Assembly: GCF_001194135.2 (NCBI RefSeq)
Contig: NC_068991.1
Location: 54,528,476 to 54,592,475, forward strand
From: Octopus bimaculoides
Lineage: Eukaryota
Direction of reading: 5' to 3'
DNA length: 64,000 bases
The position numbers and the translations under genes are program-made. Under the pieces are notes generated by a model. It made no database searches. It saw only the letters and a list, made by a program, of their open reading frames with translations, and had not been told where the DNA came from. This document shows, piece after piece, positions 1 to 12,707 of this stretch; within the stretch, counting starts at the first letter, position 1, and each line of letters begins with the position of its first letter.

Positions 1-1941
1 GACAACATTACTCTAAGGTAGCCGTAATACATTTTTGTTTACTCCTTCTGCACCAAAGTCAGACATATATTATCAAATATTCTTGTATTGTATATTCTAT
101 GAAACAAAAATGTGAAACAGGAATAAAGACTGAAAGCTGGCTTTTCAGTTTCAGCAGTACTCATATATGGAAGATTTGTTAGAATATGGATTGATATGAT
201 ACTAGTATAGTATATTAGCATAACAAGATAATAAAGTTAACTATTAACTGTTGGTAAAATATCCTGTGAGGTTAGTTTGAAAGATAAGTTGAACATTCAC
301 TATGAATTGTCTGATGGTGATCGCATTTGAATGTACAGCTAAGTTGTTGACACTACAAGCTTAATTAAAAATGTTTTTTTCAATTCAAAAAGACACACCC
401 ATCTTTTACATGCATATGTACAATATACACACGCACACATACAAACACACACATACATGCATCCATGTATACTCTGAAACTTTCAGCTTCTATATCCAGA
501 TTATATATTCACATTTATACCAATAATAATTGGTGCCCTTGGTTTTGTGAGTAAATGCCTAAGTAACAATCAGGATAAGGCAGGGCTTTCGGAAAAAGAA
601 ATCAATCAACTAAATCACACATTACGAATACAATCTGTAAGGGGAACAGTAAAAATATGCAACACTTTTCTCAAGTTTTAAATGTGACATTATTTTTGTT
701 ATCTACATTCTAATGATGGAACTTTGTACTTTGTTAGAAACTAGCTCCTTCCTCAGAGGAAGAATTCAAATAATTAAAAGCAGAAGAGAACATATATATT
801 CCAAATAAGAAGACAAAGAATGAATTTAATACATCTTTATTAATAGTTACAATTGCTTCAAAACCACTCTGTTTTTAATGTTGTTACATGAGAATGTAGA
901 TAGCCAGGAGTTCAGGTTGAGTATCGCAATGGAAATTCTGTAATTCTCTACAATATCATGACTCACAATATACATTTATATATTTAAACAGAATCCTACT
1001 TTTTATGATGAAAAAAAATTTCTATAAATAACTGATTACTCCCAAAACCATCCATAAATGTTGTATTTTCATAGTTCTTTATTTGTTAAAGGAATTAGAA
1101 AACCCTTCTACTCTTCCTATTCTCATTCAAATTTGTCGAAAACTAAGACACATTTTCCTATATGTTTATTTTTTTAAAAACAAAACTGTTTTTATCATTT
1201 GTCATAATCTTCATAATGTTTCTAAGGATTGTTATTATTCTGTTGGTGAATTCTACTTGTGCACAAGCATCCTTGAGTATTTATCTCTATTCTTCTGATC
1301 TCAGTAGACAAGCTCCAGCTAAGATGTAGTAGTTTAGGCTTCACAATACTAGTTGCTTATCACATAACATCCAATAATATCTCTATTTTCTCTATTAATA
1401 TTATCTGATATGATCTAAATATGATGAAAACTGGTACAGGTCAGCAATAAATTTTAAATTGAGTGATGGAATCTTGAAATATTAACACAACAGGTTCATA
1501 TTGAGCAAAACTACTACTCTGATACAAATGACCATTCTATTCATGTTACTTTGCTCTTAATCTGGCTTTTAATTTTAGCCAGCTCTTTGTGTATTTTCTG
1601 TTTTTCTACAGACCCTGTGCATAGATCTAAATAGCAGAAGTTGCTAAAGGCAATATATACGTAGTACTTTAGTATGATTATCTCAATGAGCATGAGCCTT
1701 GGTGAACACCTACCTCATAACCTCAAATCTCTTACTAAATCCATTGTCAATGTAGACTCTAAATACTTTACATTCATACATAACACTAAAATCTTCCCAG
1801 TGTAGCCTTTATTGAGTTTTAGTTACAGTTAAAACTAATTGCTTTATACATAATCTTTTTTATCCCACCTCACTTTCTTATTCCCTATTATAATGTAGTA
1901 GACTGAGAGATTCCTCCTAGTGTTTATTATCAACTAAGAAG

Positions 1942-2162
1942 AAAGCAGTGATTTGGCAGAAACGTTAGCATGCAGGATGAAATGCTTAGCAGTATTTCAT
2001 CTGTCTTTACATTCTGAGTTCAAATTCTGCCAAGGTCAACTTTGCCTTTCATCCTTTCAGGGTCGATAAATTAAGTATCAGTTGCATACTGGGGTCAATC
2101 TAATCAGCTGACCCTCTCCCCCAAAATTTCACGCCTTGTGCCTAGAGTAGAAAAGATTATTA
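1942..2162 (+). mobile_element. tRNA-derived SINE family A, (TTA)n-tailed; full copy with target-site duplication
   Basis: B-box-like GAGTTCAAATTC and core CTTTGCCTTTCATCCTTT.GGGTCGATAAA. AACTAAGAAG flanks both sides (1932-1941 and 2163-2172). Other copies at about 5925-6065+, 12130-12346+, 13225-13440+, 13450-13680+, 14555-14725+, 20280-20420+, 22110-22238-, 28044-28252-, 31310-31475+, 31576-31795+, 32835-33055+, 41575-41792-, 44420-44635+, 44700-44850+, 49418-49640+, 53335-53520-. Confidence 0.88.
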
Positions 2163-3019
2163 AACTAAGAAGTTCTCTTACAGTTGCCTCACTACAAGTA
2201 CAGCCTTTCTTCTGCTACAAATTACACTCAATCAAATATAACTCATGTCTACATGAAGTTTACTATGACTTCTATCACTTTGATTACTTGATTAAATAGT
2301 CTTTAGAGAACTAATTCCGCCTTACAATATATCTCCTTTACCTTTGTAGTCATTGACAACAATGCTTCTATACCAATTAATGAGAATAACTCCTGCACAA
2401 ACTAATTGACTTGTGTAACCCACAACCCTTGCTTTCAACATTTATACGTTTTTTTAATATCTGGAAACATTTATATTCAATAATTATCTAATTTGAACTT
2501 AACCTAAATGTGGGTGTTTTATGAGCAGTAATAAGTTTTTATTTATACAGTGAGTGACTTCTCCTTGAATGTAACCATGGATCAAATAAACACTGTACAG
2601 CACCTTACATTCATTGCTATTTAACATGGCTCACTGTCTTTTAGATTCTTTACATAGCACTCTTGTTCTTCAAAAATTAAAGAATTAATATGAAATTCTT
2701 CTTTAGCTGAAGGGTGGTTTAAAACCAACTAACCAGCATATTTTTATGAAATCAAAAGATTTATTAAATTTTATTTGAAAGAAAACCACATCTATATTAA
2801 AAAACAATCTGTACTTCAATCTTCATGCCCTGACCTTCAAAGAATCTATAAAGAATCAAAGAATCAATAAACAAACATTTCATCAATTGTCCCGAGAAGT
2901 GATCTTATTTCAAACATCGACAAATAGGGATATAATTTTCTAATTTTCCACATTCATTCATTATGTTCATCCATAGTGTATATATTTAATACCAGTTTCA
3001 AATTTTAGAACAAGTCTAG

Positions 3020-3065
<46 letters not shown>

Positions 3066-3158
3066 AATATTTTGTGTGTTATTAGTGTATATATTTAATA
3101 TTGAGCATATATATTGCCTATGCAATATTAAGTGTATCTATAGGATATATCTAATATT

Positions 3159-3204
<46 letters not shown>

Positions 3205-4170
3205 TTATATATATGTAGTGTATATTCAATGTTTAATCAGTTTAGTTGCTGTAAGTATTTGCAACAGCCTAGTGTATTCCTTATAATCTTGTGTACATCA
3301 TTAGTTTTTTCCAATTATAATCTGCCACATATTCCAGCAAACACCAACTTATAATTTAGTCATTTATAGATACAGAAATAAAAAATTTTTTCATTCCCAA
3401 ACATGTGATAATGCTAATAAATAACGTGATCAGGATAAATTATCCATACATTGCAGAAAAATATGTTACCGGCCAGCCATTTATATTTGTCTTAGTAATA
3501 TTTGTGAATTAGCTTGAGAGTTAAATGCACACATACACATGCGTATGTATGCAGGCACATGCACACACACACACACACACACACACACTATCTGAATATT
3601 CTATGCTACTTACTAGGTTAGGAAGTTAGGTACATCTTCTCTGAGGAATAGTCAACAAGCTATGAAACAGTCCATTAGAAAATTCCATTCCTCTTTTTTT
3701 TCTACATATTAATGACAAACAAAGAATGTTTTTACATACTTGTTACTCCCACAGTGTGTCTTCCTAAAACACACACTTATTCAAAGTTGACCCACTGAAG
3801 AGCTCATCTGTTTCAACTGCCTATATTCTTTCTAGAGTAAGTTCAGAAACTCAACAAACATGGATTTCATCCAGAGGGAAATGGTTTTATCAATAACAAA
3901 ATTACTACACAAGGGACACCTTATTTGAAACCAGCATTGAGTGTTTTACTGCCACAACATATGTAAAAATTAAGGGAGTTCTAGAAATATCTATACTAAT
4001 AAATGCACATTTGTGTGCATATGTGGCTGTATCGACTCCCTGATTTATGGACTCAGCCCCATTGTAGCCTTTGACTTTTACTATCTAAAGGAGTTTTTTA
4101 ACCTAATCTTTACACACTGTTACTTATAACTTTATCTGCTTCAAGTTTCCATTCCCCCCAAAATAATAAG

Positions 4171-4236
<66 letters not shown>

Positions 4237-4348
4237 GGGTAAAAATTTGATATTAATTAATATCAATTTAATACCAGGAAACCAGCACATTAGAAGAATC
4301 AGAAGATTCAGAAAATATTTTCTGAGATCCTAAAAGGATTATAGTACA

Positions 4349-4530
4349 TGTGTATATAAAAGAGACCACTAAAGTGGACTGTTAATGTGCTAGAAGAAGA
4401 TCACTTAAAATTCTCAAAGACAGATTCAGCGGAGCCTGTTTTTGCTCCGCTGAATCTTTCTTTGAGAATTTTAAGTGATCTTCTTCTAGCACATTAACAG
4501 CCCACTTTACTGGTCTCTTTTATATACACA
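4349..4530. repeat. Near-perfect inverted repeat: 87-bp arms, 8-nt loop, 3 mismatches
   Basis: Arm 4349-4435 is the reverse complement of 4444-4530, checked base by base. Loop is ctgttttt. Confidence 0.95.
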
Positions 4531-5255
4531 CATATATATATAAGATCCATATATGTGTGGGGATATACAAACACACACACACATGCACTCCTTCAGATGT
4601 AGGAATAGGGAAAGCTCCAGCTCCTCATCCTGCTTCATTTGGAGACTGAGATCAGTGAAGCAAATTTTCCAACATCTCATTACCTATCTTATTACCTATA
4701 TTGCTTCCTCAGTAAGCAACTACTTATACTACAATAGCCTTCAGAATCCACGAAGAGAAAAAAAAACATTCTATTTTATTGTTGTCACCAATTATACTCT
4801 CCTATTAATCAACTTCAAACCATAGGCAGCTTATAATGTAGAAAGCCCATCTTTATCCTTGCAGGCCCGTGCACAACCTTATAGTATGCAATTGCTGTTT
4901 GCTCAGAGTAATATTATTTGGTCTTCTATCTACTATGACTAGGGACTATTATTATCCAGCTAAAATTACATCAGGCAGCCATGCTTAACATGCAGAATGA
5001 TATGTAATCTGATACCATTTAACTAGTTATGTCACCATACAATAACTGCATGGCTGAAATTGCAAATGCAGCAAATTGCCAACTACCTGAAACCATTATC
5101 CTGTCTGCTCTATCATGTGGAACATCTCATAAAAAGATTGCTATCACTGCCTAGCCAAAGTATCCAGATTACCATAACTGATCAGTGAAGACATAAATAT
5201 TCTCCTTTTGAAGCCATTTATATAAAGTTGTTTTAAATTCTCTGCTCTCTCACTC

Positions 5256-5311
5256 TCTACTTCTGAGGATGGGGATGTGTTCTATGGCCATGAAACTTTT
5301 GGTAATGTAGA
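5256..5311 (+). ncRNA. Degenerate minimal type I hammerhead ribozyme motif
   Basis: tctactt-CTGAGGA-(poor stem II)-GAAAC-ttttg-GTA-atgtaga. Stem I pairs 6 of 7 positions. Confidence 0.5.
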
Positions 5312-8300
5312 ACTAAATCAATCTGTTTCATACACAGACACACACACACACACACACGTATGAATCTGCATGTGTGTGTACTGGTAAACAGATACAAAGC
5401 CACTCCTGTATTTGACTATTTTTCAAAGCAATCCTGTTTACAAAGGCATATGCAAATACCAGCAAAAGCATTTCTGTATCATGTTCTCTAGGTTTCTCAT
5501 TAAATAAGACAGGCAAGCAGTTTTCATGTAAAATTACCATCTTTACAAAAGCAAAGTTTATGTAACAGGTAATAAAAGAATGTTGGGCAATGTGTTTTAA
5601 TAGCATGAGTAGCAACCTTCTCAAATAACAACATTTAGTGAATTGGCCTGAGAACAGCAGTTGAAATGTAAACTTCCTGAGTATTATGTTTAACATTACA
5701 TCAAAATCACACAAGTAAAATATATAGCAACTCATCCTGTAAGCACCAAAATTCAAACCACATACCTAACATCCTCAAGCATGTACCCAAAGGCATGATG
5801 AAGAAAATAATCTACCCTTAACAGAGGTGAGGAGTACTAAACTGAGGTACTAACATGCAGCCACTCCATAAAGATGATTATGTACTCACCAGTAACAATC
5901 ATAATATTATTAAATAAACATCTTTAGAGTCTGAGTTCAACTTTGCTGTTCATCCTTTCAGGATTGATAAAATAAGTAAGAGTTGAACCCTAGGGTCAAT
6001 GTAATCAACTTACACCTTCCCTCAAAATCGCTGGTCTTCTGCCAAAATTTGGATCCAATATTATTTAATAAAGAAATAAAATATAATATAGCGGCTATGT
6101 AACATTGTTTCAAAACTAACAGAATGAGGAACTTGCTGTGTTTTACTATGAAGCATATCTCACTTATTCCATCACCTGTTCCCACAAAGACCAATGCAAT
6201 GATAAGCTATAGCCACTTCTAGGTTATACACAGTGTTATCAAAGATTTTAACCTTATTGCATTAAGAACTCTCTGTAGTTTCAAGTTCAATTCTATTGTG
6301 GGACACTTGAGACAAATATTTCTTGTTTTAGTCGCAGGTCAACCAAAGCTTTGTAAATGAAATTTGGTTGATGGAAACTGTGTGAAAGTCTAGTAGGGTG
6401 GGGGAGATTCCTGTTCTAGGGTGGAAGATTTAATCTTTCACCTGGTTTAATGTCATCACGGCATACCTTCAGTGGCTCAGCCTCAGAGTACAGCATTCAT
6501 GCCTGGTCTCTGGCCTGGGGTAATTTAAACCCAGAAGTTTTTGGAGGCCCTGAAAAGGATCATGGATTCTGCCCTCTTCCTTCTCTGGTTAAGCTAATTA
6601 AGACAGTTAAGACTCAATATACAATTATTGATGTGTGGAGCTCTGTCTGACACCTGAAAGCAAAGTACATTGAAAACTGTATAATTTGCCTTGATAAGAT
6701 CACAACAATGAAACAAATTTCCCTTCACAAACTCTACAGGTCTCACAGACCCTCCATTCAGAAATTTCCTCATGAATACAATGGCCTACACTGCTATTTG
6801 GAAAACACACCCAAAATTTACTTGGAAATCAAGAGTTAGCATTTCTGATAAAGGCATCAACATTTACATATAAGTTAGGGTGTTGTGACTTCTGCTTTAC
6901 CACAAAACCTCAACATCATTTAATATTCTACCACAATTCTAAACAGAAAAACTTACTTATTTTTGAACTGTTGTCACAAGTCTAGATTTCTTCTTTTGAA
7001 ATTCGATAAAGATTCTCCTGATTCATAAATGACACACTGTGCCATATAGTTGTTTCATGATTTCATGAACCATTGCTTATTTCAATCTATGATGACTTCA
7101 TTAGCTAAATAAAGCTGGTCTAATAAATTTTTTAGGTATGAATTTGTATTCTTGATTAACACATATATACAAATTAAATTCTACATACTTTTAGCATAAG
7201 GGAATATTGAGCACTTTGTTTTGGTACAAAAAAAAAGCATAAACAAAGGATGATGTTGCACAAATACTCAACTCTGAGTGCAATGCTTGTTATAGCAGAA
7301 ACAGCTCTAGGCCAATGAAGTTGGTTCCTTTTGTCATTCCTGTTTCTTTTGTCATTCAATAAGTTACACACAGACACACACACACTAATCTAATCTAATC
7401 TAAGAAATATAAAAGTTCAAAAAGCATTCAATTTATCCTAATATATTGATCACAGTTTAATAAGTTTCATAGGTTCTCTTGTGTATTATAATCATTTTGA
7501 GAAATAGTTTATTTACCATATTTTCCCCAATATTTGCATGAATATTTATTTTTAACTTATGAAATTTTATAATCTGTTTTTAGTCGTAGTGTTTTTTTTT
7601 TTTCTATGCAAATAGAATTGTAGATTATTTGTTCTAGCAAAAGAATTTCTTTTAAACACATTAGCTGAATGTATTGAAATATTCATTTAAAAACTGTTCA
7701 AATCAATTTCCTTTTTAATAAGTTCCATCAATTTTTTTTTCTATGTGACTTAAATACTTGTACACATCATTTTATGGCAACTGATCCATTTGTTTGTAGC
7801 TGTCTCTCTTAAGTAACCAATATAAATGTTCAACCGATCACTTTAAGTCAGTATATGAGCTTCACTCTAATACAAGGAATATAAAAATAATACAGATGAT
7901 TAAAAACGATTATAGCTGATTATAATGAGAATTAGTTTGTACAATAAATTATCAAGAAACAATTTTATAAATGCTGCAATATACTTCATATTATACACAT
8001 TACCTCTTCATTCTACATTTTGATACTGTTCTGAGCCACTTCCCATGAATTTATATATATTAAAGTTTTCACAAAATATTGTAAATTAAAATATTAAGCA
8101 GTGAAGGGGAAATCTTTTAATTATTAAAGTATCTTAAAGTATCACAAATGAAAGAAATTATGGCCTATCTGAAAAGGAAATATACATAAAAACATCTATA
8201 CTTCCATGTTTGGAAGATATCTTTGAAATATAACTTTAATATTAAATGTAAATAATATCATGAAGATTGTTGTATTACAAATTTCACAACTACTAAGGCA

Positions 8301-8422
8301 GTATTACTATAGCCTGCCATTGCAACTACAAATGTGTAGATTTGAGCAAGAAACTAGCATGTTGTATATGAATGGTTGACAACCGCATGAAACAAACATT
8401 CTGCATGGTTTTTCCTGGGCAG

Positions 8423-8530
8423 ATACCTTGAAGAGGATAGCAGGGGGTACCTCTGATTCCAGCACTACTGAATCACATCGAGAAGGATCGCTCAACATCA
8501 GTGATACTACTGAAAAGTCTGACGGTGGTA
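8423..8530 (+). CDS. RyR: Candidate RyR cassette exon, 108 nt, phase 1-1 (DR2 linker): (D)TLKRIAGGTSDSSTTESHREGSLNISDTTEKSDGG
   Basis: tttttcctgggcAG acceptor, GTAAGT donor, open frame, GC content higher than the flanks, and phase compatible with the exon at 26256. No homology check was possible. Confidence 0.7.
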
Positions 8531-8907
8531 GTAAGTAGATCTAGTCCTAATCTTTGATAGTGATGTTTGTTAATATATATATATGTGTTGTGTGTATCTT
8601 AAACTGTTGCTGACAAAGTTTTGTAACTCAGACTTCATTTGGTTAATGTTGAATGGCTGTCATTGTGCTTTATTAAATTCAATAACAACAACAACAATAC
8701 TAAAAACATACTAACTTCTGGAATGCTTCTGAGATGTGACAAATTTAGTCGCAAACTTGGTTTTATTTGTTGATAAGCTCCACTAAAACTTACCATTCCA
8801 CGAAACATTTTTATGATATGCTATAAAATATGTAAACTTAGAATGTTAGATGTTCATTGTTTTATCTATCACTGTTTGTTTCTAAATCATTAAAGATACA
8901 TATATAT

Positions 8908-8960
<53 letters not shown>

Positions 8961-8989
8961 TATACATATCATCATTCATCATCATTTCA

Positions 8990-9120
8990 TTTAATGTTCA
9001 TTTTCCATGCTGGCATGGGTTGGATGGTTTGACAGGAGGTGGCAATGCCAGGAACCATACAGGTTTCATTGTCTGTTTCGGCATGGTTTCTACAGCTGGA
9101 TGCCTTTGCTAATGCCAATA
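8990..9120 (+). mobile_element. SINE/LINE-tail family D (GGCTGGATGCCCTTCCTAATGCCAACC core), representative fragment
   Basis: The same motif recurs at about 11050-11260-, 25035-25225-, 33530-33680-, 34890-34985-, 37460-37790, 39445-39660+, 39815-39925-. Confidence 0.75.
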
Positions 9121-9132
9121 TATACATACATA

Positions 9133-9196
<64 letters not shown>

Positions 9197-9599
9197 TATC
9201 ATCAGTATGTATATATAAATATAGATATCTCTATACGTGTCTGTGTTCAGTATGTATATTTATGTACATTTGGTGTACATTTGGATGTATGTATGTGTGT
9301 ATTCATTTCATTGTGACTGTTCTAACAGATTGCTACTCAGGAGTTTCCCTTATATGAAACCAATTCTCTTCTTGTCCAAGGAAGCAGCTGCATGTTGAGG
9401 AAACACTAGAATAACAGGCCAAAATAGATTATTAAACTCTAAGATGGTATCAAGTACCTTTTCTCCCATTACTTAATGACAGCAAAATTTTGTGTGTGTG
9501 TGTGTGTGTGTGTAGTGTAAGTTTAAAACCTCTACAGCTTGTATTGAGTACTTTTTTCATCTTATGTAGTTCTTTGAACCATTATGTGTATATATCATA

Positions 9600-10150
9600 T
9601 GTACACCGATGCGATGACTGGCCCCGCATCATATGTTACCAAGGGTGCGAATATGGCCTCATCCCAAGTTTGTAAATATATTGGCTCTGCCAGTACTTCT
9701 TTCAAATGACAGTCGTCCTTCAGAGTCCCAGAAAGACGGTTTGTCACATCCCTGGCTTGCCATGTGTGATATAAGATGGAAAATAATTGATCATCTGGGC
9801 CATAACAAAATCTGCATCATGGAAAGAGCCAAAATTCTTAAGGACTATACGAAACCTGGCACATTAAATAGTCATAAAGAAGTGTTTTCTAAATGTGTCC
9901 ACACTTCAAGTGCCACTTACTGGAACATTGGATCTCACTATTTGCTCATTTGGCCTTTTCGGGTTTATAAGGGGATTCAGAGGAGATAACCCATCCTCAT
10001 TAACGTGTTTTTGTTAAGACATATTTCTCAATTTCTGAGCATTTCCTCTCGTCCATGACGTAAAAATTTTAATTTTTGTCTTTATATAGAGTCTGATGAG
10101 CTGTCCACAAGGCTTTGGCTTAGTGGATATGAAACCTTGGGTAACTCTAT
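9600..10150 (+). mobile_element. Decayed Penelope-like retroelement 3' end: GIY-YIG endonuclease relic plus pseudo-LTR hammerhead
   Basis: Frames give KYIGSASTSFK*QSSFRVPERRFVTSLACHV*, then after a frameshift DIRWKII...ICIMERAKILKDYTKPGTLNSHKEVFSKCVH. This follows the Penelope endonuclease pattern YIG.T...FK...SSF...T.L..H.W...I.W.I...C..E...I....TLN...E..S.C.H. Confidence 0.8.
10086..10150 (+). ncRNA. Minimal type I hammerhead ribozyme, core intact
   Basis: Stem I atagagt/actctat (7 bp, perfect); CTGATGA; stem II tgtccac/gtggata; GAAA; short stem III (AC-cttgg-GT); GTA cleavage triplet at 10141-10143. Confidence 0.8.
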
Positions 10151-10728
10151 TTCCAAGATGTAAAATTCTTTTGTTGAAACAATTATTGCTCTATTCTTTA
10201 GAGTGTGCTTCTTTTCTGATATATGTTTTATTAATTAACTATATATATATATATATATATCCAAATAAGAAGTCAAAGAAGGACTTTAACACATCTTTAA
10301 TAATCAGTTACAATTATTTCTGTACCAACTCTGCTTTCAGTGCCAGTTTATGCAAAAGTACCAAATGAAAATTTACATAATATTTATGGTTTTAAACTTT
10401 AGAGTGGCATTTCTTAAGATCTGCATCAAAGGTGCACTCTTACATTGTGTTCTCTTACATTCTACCCTCTCAGGACCTTTATATATGTATACTCTTAAAC
10501 AGCAGAAACAACAAAGTGACTCCAAGAACCAAGTGGTCTATGTTTCATGCAAGGTATTTATCAGCTAATGTTTGATAAGTGTCATGCATGAAACTCTTGG
10601 CCATTATGTTACTTTGTAAATTCTGTCAAAGAAAAATAATAAAATGTACATATACTCGTGTATTTAGTTCTATTTATGTTGTTTGTCCAACCAAATCTAC
10701 ATAGATATGATAACAAAAAAATTAAAAC

Positions 10729-11976
10729 TGTCTGAGAGGGTAAAAAGAAATTCTCTATAATCTTAGAGAATTATATCAATGTAAGCAGCATGAGATTTGA
10801 ACAGTTCATCTTTCAGCTAGAATCTGACTTGGATGTCCCATTTAAAAGAGCAGAGTGAATTTGCTGAAGGTGTTGTGATAATTCTATAAAATACGCTTAA
10901 AAGACAAATCAAATTATTTGAAGTGTAACCATGTATTTCCTCTACAGCAAAAAACCTCTTCCGATTTCTTCTTTCATACTTTAACCTCTCATCTCATAGT
11001 ATAAAGGTGCCTTCTTCTCTACCTTAGTCCCACTCAGTCAATGTTAGTTTTGCAAGATACATGGCAACCTCACTGGAACTGGTACCATGAAGCAAAGTAC
11101 CCAGTATACTCTGCAAAGTAATTAACATTAAGAATGACATGCAGCCATAGAAATTATATCAAACCAGATATTGGAGCGTACTGCAATCCCCCAACCCACT
11201 GGACCCTGTCAAACTAACTAACCCATGTCAGCATGGAAGATGGACATTAAAAGGGGATGATGATGGTGGTGGTGGTGGTGGTGGTGTGTGTGTGTGTGTA
11301 TGTGTGTGTGTGTGTGTGTGTGTTTTCTATCTGTTATAACATGCTCATATTTAAGTTATATCATTTTGTGCTTAGATACAAGTGATTTCGGAAGAATAAA
11401 ATTGTTAATGTTTTTGTACTTTGGAAGACTGCCATGGTAACTGTCTGTTTTTGTTGTTTTTTATTGCATAAAGAAATACTTGATAAATTTTTGTAGGTGA
11501 AACTTATTTGTGGAGCATTGTCACAAAGATATTGTCCATCCATATATAGTGTTAACATCTCTTTATTCAAAGGTTAATTAAATATCTTTACATTTTTATC
11601 TCTGGAGTATAGTATAACATGTAATTTATTCATATTTATAGGGTAAAAATCTACAAATGCTTTTTATAATACATTTTTGAAAAAAGCACCAAAATATATT
11701 TACTTTCTCTAAAATATGCCTTGAGTAAACAGTTTAGATCTCATTTTATTAGAGTCATGAGATGAAATATATTGTCTGAGAGAGTAAAAAGAAATTCTCT
11801 ATAATCTTAGAGAATTATATCAATGTAAGCAGCATGAGATTTGAACAGTTCATCTTTCAGCTAGAATCTGACTTGGATGTCCCACTTAAAAGAGCAGAGT
11901 GAATTTGCTGAAGGTGTTGTGATAATTCTATAAAATACGCTTAAAAGACAAATCAAATTATTTGAAGTGTAACCAT
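10729..11976. repeat. 204-bp direct duplication (10729-10932 and 11773-11976)
   Basis: The two copies differ at 2 positions by my reading; offset 1044 bp. Confidence 0.92.
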
Positions 11977-12639
11977 TCTAGGTTCAAGATCATCTTGGCC
12001 ATTCATCTTTCCGAAATCAATAAAAAAAGGTAACTAGTCAATTATTGGGATTGATTTAGCTAATTACCCCCACTCCCCTCAAATTTCTGGCTTTGTACCT
12101 ATATAAGAAATTATTATTACTTTTATTATTAAAGTGGTAGGCTAACGGAATCTTTAGTAGACTGGGCAAAATACTTAGCGGAATTTCATCCAGCTTTATG
12201 GTTTGAGTCCAAATTTTGCCGAGGTCAGCTTTGCCTTGCTTCCTTCCAGCATTGACAAAAATAAGTAACAGTTGAACTCTGGGGACAATGTCATTGACAA
12301 ACCCCCACCCCAAAATTGTTGGCCTTGTACCAAAATTTGAAACCACTAGGCACATGCATGGCCTAGTGATTACGGTGTTGCACTCACAATCGTAAGATTG
12401 TGGTTTCAATTCCTAGATCAGGCGGTGCATTGTATTCTTGAGCAAAACAACTCGTCTCATGTTGCTCTGTGACTACTTTGACACCTCACATGTGGGACAC
12501 TATGCACCTGGTCAGGCAACATTGATTTGATGGAAGGAGTGAGCTAATATACAGCACAAACATTTGATCACTATAAACAAATCATTTATGCAGGTCGTTT
12601 GGCAAAAACTGAATGCTCATACATCATCTTCAACAGGAG

Positions 12640-12645
12640 AGTCCA

Positions 12646-12707
<62 letters not shown>

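Noticed and set aside
1590-1660. Strong acceptor-like site (ttttctgtttttctacAG at 1611)
   Set aside because: All three frames stop within 12 codons and there is no good donor. A terminal or poison exon cannot be excluded but is unsupported.
2538-2576. Possible 20-nt microexon (2551-2570)
   Set aside because: Not frame-preserving and the GTAACC donor is weak.
10729-11976. LTR retrotransposon or TRIM interpretation of the 204-bp repeat (TG...CA ends)
   Set aside because: No target-site duplication, primer-binding site or polypurine tract; the interior is ordinary intron with an old SINE.
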